DNA of 64,000 nt from Amphiscolops sp. MND2022 (lineage: Eukaryota), in contig OZ076409.1 of NCBI GenBank assembly GCA_964187785.1, positions 37,760,001 to 37,824,000 of the forward strand, in the 5' to 3' direction. The notes under the pieces are model-generated. The model made no database searches. It was not told where the DNA came from and saw nothing but the letters and a program-made list of their open reading frames with translations. Numbering within the stretch: the stretch's first letter is position 1; each line of letters opens with the position of its first letter. The translations under genes and the position numbers were made by a program. Below, one piece after another: positions 63,201-64,000 of this stretch.

Positions 63201-64000
63201 TTACGCTCGCATACAAAATTTCAGGTAACTAGGACGCCTAGAAGCCGCGTTTGACCAATTTTTGTGAATTTCACGACGTAGTCAAATTTTCTGTGAACAT
63301 TGTTAAGTGACCGTAACACCCACAGAGTCAATTTCTTTGCAATCGGCAACAATTTTCCCACGATTTGACCACAGTAGTATACCGTGTTAAATTTGCAGGT
63401 CGCAACTAGCTCTAGAAGTGATTTTCACCTTTCCCAGGCGTGCATATTGGCGAAAAAATTGCCGAATCACACAGTTTTCGTAGGTGTAGTAGCAAGTGAA
63501 GGCTCAAACAACCCTATTTCTACTCTAGCCACCCATGGCACGTCTCGTTGAAGCACTTTAAAATGAGCTAAGTCAACCCTTAGATCTTGGGTTCATTAGA
63601 AAACCGTCTACGAGACGTAGAAGCGAAAAACACCAAAATCGTGTTTTCTCTACCAACAACCACTAAAGTCACCTAAGTGCGAACTGATAGTTGCAGCCAC
63701 GCTTACTTCGACTGAGAAGCAACGTGTGAGAGCTAGAACGCATTTAAGAGTTCTCTAGGAGACTTAGACTTTGGACGCGGTGCGTCTCGAAACAGAACAT
63801 CAAGTGTAATAGCAATTAAAAGTGTTAAGAACTGTGTTTCCCTTGATCGCGCTACGATCAGATTTGTACAACTCTCTTGTTTGCCAGTGTTCTAGCACCT
63901 ACTCACCCCCAAGATCTATTACCAGAATCCCCTTTTTGTAGTAACACCACTTGTGCTCTCCTACTAGAGGGCAGTGCGAGTGTCATAGTGTACGCTGAAG

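Noticed and set aside
61440..64000. Possible further transposon at the window end
   Set aside because: No ORF, TIR or internal repeat could be supported from the window alone.

Overview
Repeat-dense, AT-rich eukaryotic (probably invertebrate) genomic DNA with no intact host gene; it consists almost entirely of nested transposable elements. It holds three decayed, full-length Ty3/Gypsy LTR retrotransposons on the + strand. Element A (7292-13128) is a short-LTR, Mag-like element inserted in a hAT MITE, which is itself inside a MULE-like MITE. Elements B (16866-32430) and C (41461-57038) are two divergent ~15.6 kb relatives. The main result: between pol and the 3' LTR, B and C each carry a homologous ANTISENSE gene of seven exons. 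Its six spliceosomal introns are conserved in position and phase, and it has a conserved candidate promoter. It reconstructs to a ~1,130-aa protein with a BED-type zinc finger and a hAT-transposase-like body that appears to lack the DDE residues. B and C also start gag inside the LTR and share an apparent -1 frameshift site, a dUTPase-like insert and conserved LTR promoter motifs. Also present: an RTE-like LINE in B, a second LINE fragment, several MITEs with 2-bp TSDs, a minisatellite, an abundant AACAAG-ended repeat family and a decayed NOA36/ZNF330-like fragment. All protein-family assignments are motif recognition by eye; no database search was run.
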